A stretch of DNA of 32,000 nucleotides, taken from positions 125,306-157,305 of the forward strand of contig MTSL01000041.1 of the NCBI GenBank assembly GCA_002794465.1. Direction: 5' to 3'. Positions within the stretch are counted from its first letter, which is position 1; every line of letters begins with the position of its first letter. Below the pieces are notes generated by a model. It saw nothing but the letters and a program-made list of their open reading frames with translations, did not search any database and had not been told where the DNA came from. Positions 30,499 through 32,000 of this stretch are shown here, in pieces. The translations under genes and the position numbers were made by a program. Source of the DNA: Paramicrosporidium saccamoebae KSL3 (lineage: Eukaryota; Fungi; Cryptomycota).

Positions 30499-31712
30499 AT
30501 GATTAGGCCCAATAATCATCGTGGAAAAGACAGATCCACGTCGCCAAAAATAAGTGCGTCTTCATCAGTTGAAGATGCACAAGACTATGAGAGCATCCCA
30601 ATAGCCTCTGATTCTCAGACTGACAGCCCAAAGCCGAGAATTTCGCCGGTGGCAATGGAATCCCCATGGGCCGGTCATTTCCCAAACCCGGTCGCTTCTC
30701 AAGCCAAAGATACGGATGATATGCCTGAGCTAATATTGCCACGAGGAGCACTTGCTCAGACCATTGCGACCCCTGGCAGTCCCGTCAAACCGTCAAGCAA
30801 TCCTGAATCAGATGGTTCGGCTACTCAGCCGACGAATGAGCCACCACGACGCATTAGTTGGGTCACCGCCCCAAACCCTGAACCCTTCCAACCGTCCATT
30901 GTAGAGGATACCCATAATCCTGAACTGCCATATATTGCCGAGCCTGCACCAGCAGCTTCACAGGGCAACAGCCCGCCCCAGCGGTTTCATCATACCATCA
31001 ACTCAGATTCACCTCCTCCCACCAGAGATCTCTCTCTGACACCATCGCCACCGCCGTCCTTTAAAAAGGATAATGCGCAGAAGGATATGTGGTTTGTATG
31101 GATGCAAAACATGTTTAGTGGATTTACTGCAGTGTTGCTACTTTTCGCCTTTTCTCTGGGATTATTTGGTTATTACATTAGTGATTTGGATAGTCTCTAC
31201 GGCCTTGCCTCTGATTTTGAATCAATTCATGGATGTAAATTGCACAATTGTTACTAACTTTGTTAGGGATAGTCTGGGTTTCTGTCTGTATCTATGGATT
31301 TTTGACTCTAGGGTTTGTTGCATCAATTAGACAAAGCAAGTCGCTTGCAAGAATCACAATGGCGGGCGTATGGCTTCTGGTAGCGCTTCAGTTATTTGCT
31401 ACCTTTCAATTTGACAATCAGATGCAGCTTCATGCCTCGAGGATGAGCAAGAATTGGACGAAGCTCTCGCCGTTGGTCAAATCGGTGATCCAGTACTCTG
31501 GCAATTGCTGTGGCTACTATGCCGTTGACGATCGAGCGGGTGAATATTGTCCAGGGGAGGCTACAGAAGGTTGTCGATTTCACATTGGAGAAGTGTCGCA
31601 AGGAATCAAGAGTTCAGTGAAGCACCTCTTGGCATTGAACTTTTTGATTGCCATCCTGATATCCATGGCCCTGTATGTAATTACAAATTTTGAACAAGTG
31701 ATTAACAAATAA
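30499..31712 (+). CDS. Tetraspanin-like protein 2 with long disordered N-terminus, 2 exons
   Basis: Intron 31235-31266 (32 nt, TACTAAC branch site) joins the two ORFs. Four TM segments and CCG-x11-C-x7-C. Confidence 0.78.
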
Positions 31713-31954
31713 ATACCAAGTCAGTATATCGAGCGGGTGTAGCGGGGGGGAGTGGAGAGTGGAGTGGGGTAGATGTAGTGAAGGAGTGTGGTAAAAGAGG
31801 ATACTAAACAACATCCGCTCATGTCTGGTGAGTCAGACTCAGATAGCAATGTGTCGAGGGTGGTAGTCTATAAAGGAGCCACAAGAAAATTGTGACGTAG
31901 AGGCTGAGGCAGAGGATTGATTAGTTGGCTATGTGACGTAGAGGTTGACTAGTT

Positions 31955-32000
31955 GCTGGGTATTTGAGGACAGTGAGATGTGTATCCATACTATTCTAGG
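31955..32000. repeat. Dispersed 46-bp element, copy B (runs to the window edge)
   Basis: GCTGGGTATTTGAGGACAGTGAGATGTGTATCCATACTATTCTAGG; 40/46 identical to 26182-26227. Confidence 0.9.

Overview
This is a very compact eukaryotic (fungal-like) genomic window, not a prokaryotic one. I can support about 23 protein-coding genes in 32 kb. Most intergenic gaps are only ~30-270 bp. Many genes are split by very short GT-AG introns (28-39 nt in those I counted), which explains why the ORF track is fragmented. Genes in order: stand-alone UBASH3-type 2H phosphoesterase, TAF9, RPN13/ADRM1, Hrp1/Musashi-like RRM protein, PTRHD1, BRPF/NTO1, a bacterial/plant-type SAM methyltransferase, MscS-like channel, PDX1, GAPDH, a small orphan ORF, CCDC124/Lso2, endophilin-like BAR-SH3, malate synthase, SPF30, CLPTM1, KNL2/M18BP1, METTL23-like, aspartyl aminopeptidase, PDI, Sip3/Lam1-like, and two tandem tetraspanins. 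Gene density, intron size and protein similarity suggest an early-diverging fungal relative such as a Rozellomycota/Paramicrosporidium-like lineage; this is inference and was not tested. The structure the genes do not explain lies in the few long gaps: short minisatellite arrays, an 11-bp direct-repeat-flanked insertion, and a 46-bp dispersed element present twice (26182-26227 and 31955-32000). I found no CRISPR array, rRNA, tRNA or transposase. All names come from recognising motifs by eye, not from database searches.
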